Below are positions 29,004-42,679 of a DNA stretch of 64,000 nt, in pieces (position 1 is the first letter of the stretch; every line of letters begins with the position of its first letter). The notes beneath the pieces were generated by a model, which saw nothing but the letters and a program-made list of their open reading frames with translations, ran no database searches and was not told the DNA's origin. Source of the stretch: Eledone cirrhosa (taxonomy: Eukaryota). The translations under genes and the position numbers were made by a program. The stretch spans positions 29,016,001 through 29,080,000 of the forward strand of contig OZ024749.1 in the NCBI GenBank assembly GCA_964016885.1, written 5' to 3'.

Positions 29004-29270
29004 TAGGGGTGCTCTCCCCGAGTGCCCTAGAAGCGCCGGGTGGTTCAGGATTGGTGGGGTACCTGAGTCACCCCTGCCCCCCCCCCCCCTATTAGGGAAT
29101 TAATTTTGCTATGTTTATGCATAGCTTATTTTATATTTTTTATATTTTCATTGTTAAATTAGTCTTGCCATTGTGCACTTTTACTGGAGCTTATTGTAAA
29201 CCCACACTGTGCGTGTCTTTGTATTGTCCCTTACATGTCGGCTCTTGTGGCCAATAAATGAAATCATTAT
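29004..29270 (+). mobile_element. Probable LINE 3' UTR ending CTTGTGGCCAATAAATGAAATC(ATT)n
   Basis: Close second copy at 40445-40765; terminal stubs at 27588-27612 (-), 39935-39990 (-) and 40860-40900 (+). Confidence 0.65.
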
Positions 29271-29493
29271 TATTATTATTATTAGAGCGGTGAATTGGCA
29301 GCATCGGTAGAGGGTCGGAAATGTTTTCTAGCACAGTTACGTCCCTTTATGATCTGATTTCAAATCCCGCCGAGGTTAACTTTGCCTTTCATCCATACGG
29401 GGTCGATAAAATAAAGTACCAGTAATGTACTGGATAATTGCTGGCCTTGTGCCAAAAGTAGAAACAATTATTATTATTATTATTATTATTATT

Positions 29494-32400
29494 GTTCTTT
29501 GAGTCTCAGTCATTGATGTTAGTTAACTGGAAAGTTTGTTGAAATGAATATCAAGCCGCTACCTGCAGCCTCAGATATTCAGGACATATCGGAGGGTTCT
29601 TGCTGTTCCCAGCAAGCATGCCTTTTGAAGCGTTCCAAAAAGCGTGGCGGGGCCAATTTTCTTTAACCATCCTTGGAAACTTTTTGAGATAGTACCTAGT
29701 GCGCCTATGACAATCGGGACCACTTTGACTTCATGGCAGTTCCAAATCCTTTTTACCTCCCACTTTAAGTCCTGGCATCAGTTAATTTTCTCCCTCTCCT
29801 TCTCTTGCACTCTCGTGTCGAAAGGGCAGGCCACATCCACAATCAGACACGATCTTTTTTCCTTGTCCAAAACCACCAGGTCAGGTCTATTGTGTTCCAG
29901 TTTCTTGTCCGTCTGTATCCTAAAATCCCACAGCACCTTCACCTGATCGTTTTCTATCACCGACTCTGGCTTATGCTCATACCACTTCTCAGAATGTGGT
30001 AAATTGTTTACTTTGCATAGGTGCCAGTGGATCACCCTACCCATCACATCATGTCTCCAGCCCTTATAGTGAGTCTGGGCTAGGTGTTTACACTCGGATA
30101 CAATGTGAGCCACAGTCTCCTCTCTCTCTCCACAGATCCTGCACAGTGGGCTAGCTTCCTCCTTGTAAATATGGTGTTTCAACCACTTCGTTTTGAGGGC
30201 CTGCTCTTGCGCAGCCATTAACATTCCTTCTGTAGCCTTTTTAAGGTCTCCTCTTTTCAACCAGTTCCATGTCTGTGGATCTCTGAATTCAGTTTTCTCA
30301 AAGAAGGTACTATGAAGGGATTTTTCATGAAGGCTGCTCTTTCTCCTTGTTGTTATTTCCTCCTTGGACATCCCCTGGTCTATTGTCCTCTCCTTCAGTA
30401 CAATTCTGAGCATTGGCTCCTTACTATCAGTCACGTATTTGTGTAGGTTGTTTTTCTCCATCTGAACACAGTCCTCTATGCTGATAAGACCTCTTCCACC
30501 CTCAGATCTCCTTAAGTAGAGTCTATCGACATCACTCCTCTTGTGGAACATGTTGTAGATAGTCAATAGCTTCCTAGTCTTCCTATCCATTTCTTTTTGT
30601 TCAGCAACATTCCATCTCAGAATTCCCGCACTGTACCTAATAATAGACACAGCTCGGGAATTTACTGCACTTATGGCATTCCTACTGTTCAGATGTGACT
30701 TTAATACGCTCCTTACTCTCCGAATGTATTCAGATCTTATCAATTCCTTCATTTTTTTGTTCTTGATGTCATCAGCCTCCAGAACACCCAAATACTTGTA
30801 TCCTTCTTCAGTGTCAATTTCCTTTATCATCTCACCTGTTGGTACCTGGATTCCGTTGCTTCTGCTCAATTTACCCCTCCTCACCACAAGGACTCCACAC
30901 TTACTAATACCAAATTGCATACATATATCATTGCTGAAAATACGGACAGTGTCCAGAAGCACATCCAACTCCTTCTCACTCTTCCCGAAGAGCTTAAGAT
31001 CGTCCATGAAGAGGAGGTGATTGATGGTGAGCTCTCCCTTTCCCAACTTGTATCCTGCTCTCACTTTTCGCAGTATAATGGTCAGGGGCATCAGGGCAAG
31101 GACAAACAACAGAGGGGACAGACTATCTCACTGGAAGATACCTCTCTTGATCTTCACGTCTCCCAAGGATTCTCCAGCTGATGTTAACTCTGTTTTCCAG
31201 GACTTCACACTTTTGCCCAACAACTGTCTGATGTTATCTGCCACCTTGAAGATCTCTAGGCTTTTGGTGATCCAAGAATGAGGCACCATGTCAAATGCCT
31301 TTTTGTAGTCTATCCATCCCATGGCAAGACCAGTGTGTCTCCTCTTGCAATTCCTCATTACCATCTTATCAATAAGTAACTGGTCCTTTGTACCACGGGA
31401 CTTCTTTCGGCATCCTTTCTGTTCGTCCGGTAACAAGTTGTTTGTGTGGAGGTGATGGTAGATTTCCTCAGACATAATGCTTGTCAACAGTTTCCACATT
31501 ACGGACAGACATGTGATAGGTCTATAGTTGGTAACATCATTACTCTTGATTCGGTCTTTCATTACCAGAACTGTGGTACCTTTTGTCAACCACTCTGGAA
31601 TCTCACCTGACATCAAGCAGTCATTGAACATGGTTGTCAGTTTCGGGTGGAGGGATGTTATATTTTTAATCCAATACCCCTGGACACCATCTGGGCCTGG
31701 TGATTTCCAGTTGGTTAGTTTTTTGGCCTGCCCCTTAAGAGTTTCAACTGTGATACTCAAATCAGTTTGTTGGTGTGCCTGTTCACTAATCTCCTTTTGT
31801 ACTGTCTCAATCCACACTGCCTGGTCATTTTGTTTAACATCCTGCTCCCATATTCCTCTCCAGAATGTCTTAGTTTGTTCCGCCTCAGGGATCAAGTCGT
31901 TGCCTCTTTCTTTCCCTTCAAGCTGTCCAAACAACATCTTCTGGTTGTTGTCAAACATGCGGTTCAGTCTATACTGACTGACTCTGCTCTCGTATCGCCT
32001 AATTTTTGCACTCTTTGCTACAATGCGTTGCTTCAGTTCCTCTATGATAATATTTAGCTTTTTCCTCCTAGTTTTGTACTTTATTTCCAGTATCTTTGTT
32101 CCAGGTATTATTTATTTCAGCATTCAGATCATTGTCTGCTTCGGATGGTTCCTCCGTTCTCTCAACCTCTTCACCTTCATTTCCCACTGACTCGTTTGCC
32201 TGGCATACTCCACTCTCCATTTCAAACCTAATCTCTCTGCTCAGTTCCTCCAGTTCCAGCTCGCTTATCCACCCATTAGTTCTTATTACCCGAGCCTGCC
32301 CGACCAATTTTTGTTCATCTAATTTAAATAGACCAATCTCGTTCCAGATGTTATGCATCCATTTCCTATAGCCTTTCTCCTTGGGGTTACTCTTCAGGTA

Positions 32401-32680
32401 ACATTGCATAACAGTTCTATTCAATTATTTCGTCCAGTTAGTTCTGGTCCCTTTCCTTCTTCTTCCTCCGACGCCAACAGTATTTGGTTGACAGCCAGGT
32501 CCCTGCTGCTGAGCCAGGGAGCACCTGCTGGGTGAGAGTCTGTCACATGACATTCCAGTCTCCACTTCACCGTTATTCGAACTGTTTAGGTTCGACATTT
32601 AAACACTCTTATCGAGGATTGGTGAATGTATGGTTACATAACCACCGGTGATTTTAGTGTGGCACTATCACGCTGTAGAC
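29494..32680 (-). mobile_element. R4/Dong-like LINE, near full-length, pseudogenised
   Basis: N-terminal NRTVMQCYLKSNPKEKGYRKWMHNIW block, RT and RLE; in-frame TGA at 31128 and 29778, frame breaks near 32070 and 32425; (TAA)n tail. Confidence 0.93.
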
Positions 32681-33478
32681 GAACATAAATAAACAAACAA
32701 ACAAATAGGTAAAAAAAAAAACCAAAAGAATAAGCATAAGTTTCATTGTAATGTAATGTTTGAATGTCTGATTTAGTTGGGTTTTTTTCCTTCTCTGTCT
32801 GTTTTTCTTTTCATTTTTCTTTTCTTTACCTTTTTCGTTGTTGCTGTGCTGTTTTGATTTTGATTTTTGGTTTTTTGATTTTTTGACCGGGTCATCAAAT
32901 CAGTTTATTTATATCTTTTGATGCCTTCCTCTTTTAGTGGGGACACTACGATGCATGTCTTAGCAGGAGGTAGTGGGAGAGAATAGCGGCGGTAGTGATA
33001 ATGAGACAGTGGTGGTGGTGGTGGTGGTGGTGGTGGTGCTGTGCTAGTAGTACATAGCAGGAGGTAGTGGGAGAGAATAGCGGCGGTAGCGATAATGAGG
33101 CAGTGGTGGTGGTGATGTGATCGTAGTACTGTAGTGATGGTGTTGAAGTTGAAGTAGAAATAGAAGTTGAGGTAACTTGACTAGAGTTTTTGGCGTGGTA
33201 GTGGTGATGGTGGCGGTGGTGGTGTTGGTGGTGAAATTATTTGCCTGTCTGTCCACTTAGCCATTTTCTCTTTTTCGACTATAACATTTCTGATCCAAAA
33301 TTAAATATTAAATATTGGGGCCCTATGGCGTAAAGTGATGCTGAACGTACAAACTGTAATCTTATACTTCATTTGTAATAAGAATTATTCTATCACAGTT
33401 GTTTTAAATAAGTAAAAATCAAAAACTTACGGGAGCGATTCCATAACGATATATATCCACCATGTGCGTTTTCTTCCC

Positions 33479-33533
<55 letters not shown>

Positions 33534-33914
33534 CGTTGCCATCACCCTTATCTACTATTATTGAAAAACCTCAGCTGCGGTGATGAAATCACTAATTGCA
33601 AACGAGATAATTACTTACCACACTTCTAGATAATAATATTTACAAATAGCTCTCCAGTTTTTCGCGCCTACCATTCAGCATGCATTTATATAGGTTGCTT
33701 CATATAAACAGCCAAGGCATATTTACCCAATTAACCTTAAAGTGCCTACTCTGCAATGCTCATTCACAGACAATGATTTAGATATTAAAATGTGATATTA
33801 ACATTTCTAATCCTAATGACATGTTTATGACAATACATTGCTAAAGTTTTATATAATCTGATACAGAACTTACCACATGCTTCTCATTTCAACACAATAC
33901 TGTATAAGGCATCA

Positions 33915-35340
33915 ATCTTTACGTGGTCTAGCATAGTAAATTATTAACTAAACGAACGAGGTTTGTGTTGTCTAACTTAATATTTAAAAAATAGTAATGT
34001 TTGTGTGGTCTAATGTAGTAAATTATTAACTAGTAACGAACGAGGTTTGCGTGGTCTAACTTAGTATTTATAAAGTAGTAATGTTTGCATGGTCTAACTT
34101 CGTAAAACGCAATTAAATTTTATTCACACCAAGTAAATTATAAACTAAAAAGATACGACGTTTAGGTGGTCTTAGTACATTATTAACTATCAATTATAAA
34201 ATAGTAATGTTTACGTGGTCTAGATTAGTATTTATAAACTAGTAAGACGTGATGTTTACCTGGTCTAATCTAATAAATTATAAACTTAAAAGCTGTGAAG
34301 ATTATGCGGTCTAATCTAGTAAATTATAAACTAATAAGATTTGTTTAAGTGATTTAACTTATTAAATTATATATATACTAGAAAGGTGCAAAGTTTACGT
34401 GGTCTAACTAAATTATAAACTAGTAATTATACAGTAGCAATCTTTACTTGTTCTAACTTACTAAATTATAAACTAGAAAGATACGAATTTTACGTGGTCT
34501 AACTTAGTAAATTCTAAACTAGTGATCATAAAGTATCAATGTTTACGTGGTCTAACTTAATATCTATAAAATAGAAAGACTGAAATTTACGTGGTCTAAA
34601 TTAGTAAACTCTAAACTAAAAATATATGAAGTTTAAGTGGTCTAACTTACTAAATAGCATAGTCTGTCAGATTTTAAACGGAAATGTAATTAGAAGCAAT
34701 ACAAGAAACAGCTTTTGGATTCATTCACTCTTATATAAACATATATACCCCAGGTCCGAAAACAAAAGAACCAAACACCCACTGTCACTGCCTCCGTGTC
34801 TGCCGCCCTCCCTCATCTCTCACTATTGTGAGCAAACGGGAGTTCGGCCCCGGTGGACAGAATAGAGAAGGCGTTTCCCCGGAGGGTGGTGAAGGTGAAG
34901 CGCTGGAAGTGCCATTCCAACTCGCGGGGCTCATACTTGCGGGTAGCCAACTCTGTGCCGATGGTGGTAAGCATGGAGGTGGCCTTGGGGCCAAGAACAC
35001 CAGAAGTCTCCACTGCTACGGTATCGACCGCAAAACTGCCGGAAAGCGATCGATACTTGGAGAAAATTATAAACTAGTCTTATATAAAATGGTAGAGATT
35101 TTATCAAATGTTCCAGTTTATATTGTCTAACTTAGTAAATATGAAATAATAAAGCGGGAAGTTTAGCTAGTCTGAATTAGTAATTGTAGTGATCAACTTA
35201 TCGATCAATTTAAGGAGTGTAAGATGTGGGGCTGGTACATATAATGTAGAAATTATAAAGTAGTAAGGTATGAAATTTGTGTGGTCTAACTAAGTGGTTA
35301 TAAAGAAATAAAGTGTGAATTTGTCTGGTCTAACTAAATG
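33915..35340. repeat. Degenerate 40-55-bp tandem repeat (TTTACGTGGTCTAACTTAGTAAATTATAAACTAG)
   Basis: GTGGTCTAA recurs throughout; interrupted by an insertion at 34660-35062. Confidence 0.8.
34660..35062 (-). mobile_element. CRE-like non-LTR retrotransposon 3' fragment
   Basis: KYRSLSGSFAVDTVAVETSGVLGPKA...FQRFTFTTLRGNAFSIL resembles the A.ET.G..G...QR......RGNA C-terminus of CRE-clade RLE proteins. Confidence 0.65.
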
Positions 35341-35394
35341 TATGTATATATATATATGTATGTACTGTATATATACATATATGTATATCCATGC

Positions 35395-35435
<41 letters not shown>

Positions 35436-35537
35436 TAAAATAACAGATTAAAGTTTAAGCAAAGAATCGTTGCTTTCACCCTTAGCGGGATCTTCTGAAA
35501 CTCCACTTTGGATTTTAGTCTTCAAATGTATTATTAT

Positions 35538-35635
<98 letters not shown>

Positions 35636-35711
35636 GCGGATAAAATTTTTTATTTAGTCCAGAATTAGCCGTCGAAACGGCTTGAGCTCAGCCGTCGGGG
35701 TCCTACTCGTT

Positions 35712-35820
<109 letters not shown>

Positions 35821-35827
35821 ATATATA

Positions 35828-37343
35828 ACGGCGATGAATTAGTTTTGCGAGGTTTTTGATATGACATCGTGTGTCGAAACAAATATTGTTATACTTGGGG
35901 AGGGTCATATTTGTGTAATATTGCCAGAATTAATAACAGAACACACTCACTGTTTGGTTGGTTTTCGCTTTTCGCTTCTGTGTCTTTTATATCGGTAATC
36001 TAATTTATTCGGTCCTCAATGTTGCCATTGACTGACCAACGGTCAAAAATAATACAGATACAATATAGACACAAACACATATATATAGTTTATCAAAGTT
36101 CTTTCGTTGTACATCTGCAACATCGTCAGTGGTGCTATTGTTTCCTCCCGTTGCATTGTATTTTCTACGCCATCTTTATTTAGTCTGTTTATATATTTAT
36201 TTATTTGTTTATTTTATCTTGTCTTCTTTGCGCATGCGTTTGCGTGTGTGTATAGTGTTTTGTTTGATGTGTGTTCGTGATTGGGTGACTGTGTATTGGT
36301 TAATGTATTCTATCTTTACTAGTGTGTGTTTATATGTGTTTGTTGTTATTGTGCTTGTGTATGTATTTATTTATTTATTTATTTATTTATCTATTTATTT
36401 ATTTATACTTCTCTTAGGTCAGTGTTGTTTGTTTGGGTGTTGTTGTTATTCCATTCATTCTTTCTGTTTAGCCTTGGCCTTCTAAGTTCTATTTCACTGG
36501 CCTCTCTGATTTGCCTATCTGCTGGGTCATTTCTATGTTTAGATATTATTCTAATTTCTATGTTGTCTATGTTACCGTCGTGTTGTTGTCTGGCATGTTC
36601 GTATAGTACTGAACGAACATGCCAGTACTATACGAACATGCCAGACAACAACACGACGGTAACATAGACAACATAGAAATTAGAATAATATCTAAACATA
36701 GAAATGACCCAGCAGATAGGCAAATCAGAGAGGCCAGTGAAATAGAACTTAGAAGGCCAAGGCTAAACAGAAAGAATGAATGGAATAACAACAACACCCA
36801 AACAAACAACACTGACCTAAGAGAAGTATAAATAAATAAATAGATAAATAAATAAATAAATACATACACAAGCACAATAACAACAAACACATATAAACAC
36901 ACACTAGTAAAGATAGAATACATTAACCAATACACAGTCACCCAATCACGAACACACATCAAACAAAACACTATACACACACGCAAACGCATGCGCAAAG
37001 AAGACAAAATAAAATAAACAAATAAATAAATATATAAACAGACTAAATAAAGATGGCGTAGAAAATACAATGCAACGGGAGGAAACAATAGCACCACTGA
37101 CGATGTTGCAGATGTGCAACGAAAGAACTTTGATAAACTATATATATGTGTTTGTGTCTATATTGTATCTGTATTATTTTTGACCGTTGGTCAGTCAATG
37201 GCAACATTGAGGACCGAATAAATTAGATTACCGATATAAAAGACACAGAAGCGAAAAGCGAAAACCAACCAAACAGTGAGTGTGTTCTGTTATTAATTCT
37301 GGCAATATTACACAAATATGACCCTCCCCAAGTATAACAATAT
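35828..37343. mobile_element. PLE-derived 1.46-kb palindrome (two inverted 3' ends) plus 55-bp tail
   Basis: 35883-36611 is the near-perfect reverse complement of 36623-37343. Encodes the GIY-YIG C-terminus (PVLYEHARQQH...RQIREASEIELRRPRLNRKNEW); end motif shared with the 8458 PLE. Confidence 0.93.
37093..37134 (+). ncRNA. Minimal hammerhead ribozyme (mirror copy at 36092-36133, minus)
   Basis: ACCA-CTGACGA-T-GTTGCA GATG TGCAAC-GAAA-GAAC-TT-TGAT; same architecture as 8668-8710 with a different stem II sequence. Confidence 0.7.
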
Positions 37344-37353
37344 ATATATATAT

Positions 37354-37737
37354 ATATTAAAATACAAATATTAATAAAATAGATGTTCTTTTTATCAATT
37401 ACATTTTATTATACATATTTCGGATGTACAACAGTACGTCCTCATCAGACAAAATATAATGATATATGACATACCCTGAGATGTTAAATGGTTATTAAAT
37501 CTTAACCATTTAACATCTCAGGGTATGTCATATATCATTATATTTTGTCTGATGAGGGCGTACTGTTGTACATCCGAAATAAGTATAATAAAAAGTAATT
37601 GATAAAAATAACATCTATTTTATTAATATTTGTATTTTAATATTAATAACTCTGGAAAATTATTTTCCATAGAGTGCTTCCAATCTACTGTAAAACTCAT
37701 TCTTTGATATACTCATTGAATATTGTTTAACTCTTTA

Positions 37738-37740
<3 letters not shown>
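37354..37740 (+). mobile_element. Fold-back mini-element: 290-bp palindrome plus tail
   Basis: Arms 37354-37494 and 37503-37643, in (TA)n. Confidence 0.88.
37543..37593 (+). ncRNA. Type I hammerhead ribozyme (mirror copy 37404-37454, minus)
   Basis: TTTTGT-CTGATGA-GGGCGTAC TGTT GTACATCC-GAAA-TAAGTA-TA-ATAAAA. Confidence 0.8.
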
Positions 37741-37799
<59 letters not shown>

Positions 37800-37814
37800 C
37801 ATGTATTTTCACTA

Positions 37815-37914
37815 GCTCTGACAGTTGGCAGGTGAACAGTAAACTGCACTGATAAAGGGTAATCACCTAGAATCATTAGTGTCTGCAGTTCTGTTTACAT
37901 GCCAACACAAGAGC
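37815..37914 (+). ncRNA. Degenerate hammerhead-like structure with long stem I
   Basis: GTTGGCA..GTGAACAG..AACTGCA-CTGATAA-AGG GTAATCA CCT-A-GAAT-CATTAGTG-TC-TGCAGTT CTGTTTAC ATGCCAAC; two core deviations. Confidence 0.55.
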
Positions 37915-38047
37915 ATGAATGAGGGGTCCATTCTACTGATATGGCTTAAAAGCGGGTGTTTGCATAATTGCAAACGAATCGAATATTATTATTGATATTT
38001 GAAAAACTCAGATTACATTTATATATCATCATCATTAATATATATAG

Positions 38048-38235
38048 GGCGGTGGATTGGCAGTATCGGTGGAGGGTCGGACGCCATGCTTTCCAGCATA
38101 TTTACGTCCCTTTACGATCTTAGTTCAAATCCCGCCGAGGTTGACTTTGCCTTTCATCCTTACGGGGTCGATTAAATAAAGTACCAGTAATGAACTGGGT
38201 AATTGCTGGCCTTGTGCCTAAAGTAGAAACAATTA
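38048..38235 (+). mobile_element. SINE family A, full length
   Basis: GGCGGTGGATTGGCAGTATCGG...AGTTCAAATCCCGCCGAGG...GCCTTTCATCCTTACGGGGTCG...AAGTAGAAACAATTA. Confidence 0.9.
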
Positions 38236-38254
38236 ATATATATATATATATATG

Positions 38255-38309
<55 letters not shown>

Positions 38310-38310
<1 letters not shown>

Positions 38311-38505
38311 TTCTACAGGACTAGAACTGTATCATTCGTATAAAATCATCAGGAATCTCCTGCTGATTTCATACGAATCAAACAGTTCTAGTCCTGTAGA
38401 AGTCATTTCTTTATATAATAAATATGCCTATAATCTACCAACGTATTGAGTACCTTTTTTAACTGTGGTTATCCCCCCCCCCCAGGTCACAACTCGGGGA
38501 TCTAC
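38310..38505 (+). mobile_element. Fold-back mini-element (CTACAGGACTAGAAC family)
   Basis: CTTCTACAGGACTAGAACTGT...ACAGTTCTAGTCCTGTAGAAG palindrome plus tail; the minus strand of the left arm retains CTGATGA. Confidence 0.75.
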
Positions 38506-38558
38506 ACATGCACACACACACACACGCGCATATATATGTATATGTATATGTGTGTATA

Positions 38559-38656
<98 letters not shown>

Positions 38657-38895
38657 AAGATAAAGAAACGTTTTGTAAATCTTCTGGCTTTGTAATTGGC
38701 TGTCAGGTATAGTATGTTCATTATTTGTATATGTGTGTGAATGCATATGTGTAGATGTGTGTATGAATGTATGCATGTATGTATGTATGTATGTATGCAT
38801 GTATGTATGTATGTATGTATCCCCACTCTCAAAAGCGTGAACCTCATAAACTACCATTTGTACTGCCTCTCTATTTTTTGTCCCTGTCTAATATT

Positions 38896-38938
<43 letters not shown>

Positions 38939-39356
38939 TTACATATTTATATAAATAAACTACACATGCATCATATATATACATATTATATATACTGCCT
39001 CTTGCTGCTTCATTTACGCACCCCCCTCTCCTCTCTTCTCTATATATCATACGCTTTCGTTGGTGGTGGTCGTGGGATTGACGTTCCATCCTATCTCGCG
39101 GCGATGTCAAGCATTGGGAAATTAGTAGCAGTCAGCCACCTGGGGCCCCTGGGGGAAACAATTAACAAACCCCCGCCCGCCCCCCGGATCATCCCCGGAC
39201 CACACCTAGGATGATATTTGGTGGGTAAATGACACTCATACGGTAGAAATTACAATATTTTTTGTTGTAGTTGTTGTTGTTGTTGTATTCATAAACCACT
39301 CGTAATGTAGTTCGTCATTGTGGCAATACAGCGGCAGCCATTAAACACAGCCATTG

Positions 39357-39366
39357 TATAATAATA

Positions 39367-39409
<43 letters not shown>

Positions 39410-40170
39410 CAACAACAACAACAACAATAACAACAACAACAACAACAACAACAACAACGAGAATTAATAATAATAATATTTATAATGATGACAATGAAAA
39501 TAATAATTTCTTTATTAGTATAACAACGAAAATAATAGCAATAATGGCGATAATGATGATGATGATTTTGATGGTGATGATAGTGGTGATGAGGGTGATG
39601 GTGATGAGGGTGATGGTGATGATGGTGGTGGTGGTGATAGTGATGGTGGTTGTGTTGATGGTGGTTGTGTTGATGGTGATGGTGGTGGTGATGGTGATGG
39701 TGGTTGTGTTGATGGTGATAGTGATGGTGGTGGTGGTGATGGTGGTTGTGTTGATGGTGATGGTGATGGTGGTGGTGATAGTGATGGTGGTTGTGTTGAT
39801 GGTGATTGTGTTGATGGTGATGGTGGTGATGGTGGTGGTGGTGGTGATAGTGATGGTGATGGTGGTGGTGATAGTGATGGTGGTTGTATTGATGGTGATT
39901 GTGTTGATGGTGATGATGATGATGATGATGATAGATTCTTTTATTGGCCACAAGAGCCCACGACATTGGCAACAATAGAAGGACGAAGAACGATGCAGAA
40001 TAGGGGCCATAACAACAACAACAACAACAACAGTAGTAATGACAACAACAATAATATAATAGCAACAATGATAATAATAATAATAATAACAACAATAATA
40101 ACAACAACAATAACAACAACAATAACAACAACAATAACAACAACAGTATTAACAACAATAATAATAGTAA
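39357..40170. repeat. Compound trinucleotide microsatellites (TAA, CAA, GAT/GGT)
   Basis: Direct reading. Confidence 0.92.
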
Positions 40171-40391
40171 TAATTGTTTCTACTGTAGGCACAAGACTAG
40201 TAATTTGAAGGAGAGGGGAAATCGATTAAACCGATCTCAGTGCGTTACTGGTACTCTATTTTATCGACCCCCGTAAGGATGAAAGGCAAAGTTAACCTCG
40301 GTGGGATTTGAACTCAGAACAGAAAGGGCCATAACTAAATACTGCAAAGCATTTTGTCCGACGCTTTACCGATTCTACCAACCCACCACCC

Positions 40392-40444
<53 letters not shown>

Positions 40445-40786
40445 GGCTCGTGTGAATGGGCCTACTCTGACCATGCGCCTATAGGCTAGCTAACTTGAGG
40501 AGAGGGGTGCTCTCCCTGGGTGCCCTAGAAGCGCAGGGTGGTTCAGGATTGGTGGGGTACCCGAGTCACCCCAGGGTCGTCCACCCCCTATCGGGGAATT
40601 TATTTTGTTATATTTATGCATAGTTTATTTATATTTTTATATCTTCATTGTTAAATTAGTCTTGCCATTGTGCACTTTTACTCGACCTTATTGTAAACCC
40701 CCACTGTCTCTGTCTTTGTATTGTCCCCTACATGTCCGCCCTTGTGGCTAATAAATGAAATCATTATTATTATTATTATTATTATT

Positions 40787-40861
<75 letters not shown>

Positions 40862-41110
40862 CCCTACATGTCGGCCCTTGTGGCCAGTAAATGGAATCAT
40901 TATCATTATAATTATAGCAGGGTGGTGGATTGGCAGTATCGGTAGAGGGTCGGACACCATGCTTTGACGCATAGAGTTACGGCCCTTGCCATTCTGAGTT
41001 CAAATCCCGCCGAGGTTCACTTTGCCTTTCATCCTTACGGGGTCGATAGAATAAAGTACCAGTAATGAATTGGGTAATTGCTGGCCTTGTGCCAAAAGTA
41101 GAAACAATTA
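40170..41110. mobile_element. SINE A (-, 40170-40390), LINE 3' UTR (+, 40445-40765), SINE A (+, 40920-41110)
   Basis: Matches the copies described above; separated by (ATT)n and (GTT)n. Confidence 0.8.
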
Positions 41111-41117
41111 TAATTAT

Positions 41118-41149
<32 letters not shown>

Positions 41150-41284
41150 AACAAATGGCAATAAAGAGAAAATCATGAATTATTCTGATGTGGTCAAGTA
41201 TATAGAGATAGACTCTGGAATGTGTGTGTATGTATGTATATGTGTATGTGTGTATGTGTGTATTTATGTATGTATGTATGCATG

Positions 41285-41332
<48 letters not shown>

Positions 41333-41369
41333 CATTCATGTATGTGTGTGTATGTATAAGCGGGTGTGC

Positions 41370-41441
<72 letters not shown>

Positions 41442-42120
41442 ATGGGTATAGATATATACGTGTGTTTGTATGTATGTGTGTATATGAGTTAGTGTGAGGA
41501 TAATGGCGACAATATTGTTGTGGTCTGCATCAAGATTTAAAGAAACCACAGGATTTGATAAGTAGAATGGTAGGGGAGATATATAATGAGGGAGTGAGGA
41601 GAGAGATTTAGTGAGAGAGGGAGGAGATGTAATGAGAGAGGGGGTAAAATTATATAGTGAGAGAGGGAGACGGATATATAGCGAGAGGGAGATAGATATA
41701 GTGAGAAAGGGGGAGGAGGAGAGATATAGCGAGGGGGGGGGCAAGATATATATTAAGGGAGGGGGAGATGGTGCCACTTTAGACATTTGAACCGTCAGAG
41801 GTCGCCACTAGACATGTCCAGTCCTCGACGTTTTCCGACCAAGTTTTTTTTTTTTAGACTCTTTTTCGCCTTCACTCCCTCCCTCAACTGTACAACTGTA
41901 CCCCGAAGAATGATTTTGGACAGGGAGTCGCAACGGGGTATGTGACCATACCAGGTGAGCTTTCGTCATTTTTTTTTACCATCGCAGTGTAATACAGAGT
42001 ACTACAGGGGTACCACAGGGTACTATAGGACAGTAGAGTACTAGAGTGTACCATAGAATATGGCTATAGATGTCAATCGTCACTGCATGTGTAAACTAAA
42101 TGAAATTATATATATATATA

Positions 42121-42258
<138 letters not shown>

Positions 42259-42679
42259 AATGCCTGTATATATATATATACACACACACAATTATAAATA
42301 TAAAAATATATATATATAATTATATCTGTATATATATATATATATAGTTATATCTGTATATATATTATAGATTATCGCCATCGCTGTTTAAACTAATTAG
42401 GATTACATATAAATGTCAGACAATAGAAAAGGATGTCCCATTGTATTAAAGAATCTGATTGTGAACGAAGAAAGAGGAACCAGCTGGACTATAGTTTCAG
42501 ACGTCATTACGTCCTCATCAGAAACCACTTACACTTTAATAACCACTATAGAATTCCATTTAAAGATGCGATCATTAAACAAGGTAGGTTTATATTACAT
42601 TATATTAGAATGTATTAAACATATTGTTGGCAATTAGTTCTGTTAGAAATATAATTTAGAAAAGTAAGTGGTTGAAGTC

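Noticed and set aside
36129-37097. Two mirrored hydrophobic ORFs
   Set aside because: Antisense readings of the PLE 3' region duplicated by the palindrome.
38048-38135. tRNA gene
   Set aside because: The A/B boxes belong to a multi-copy SINE head; no full cloverleaf.
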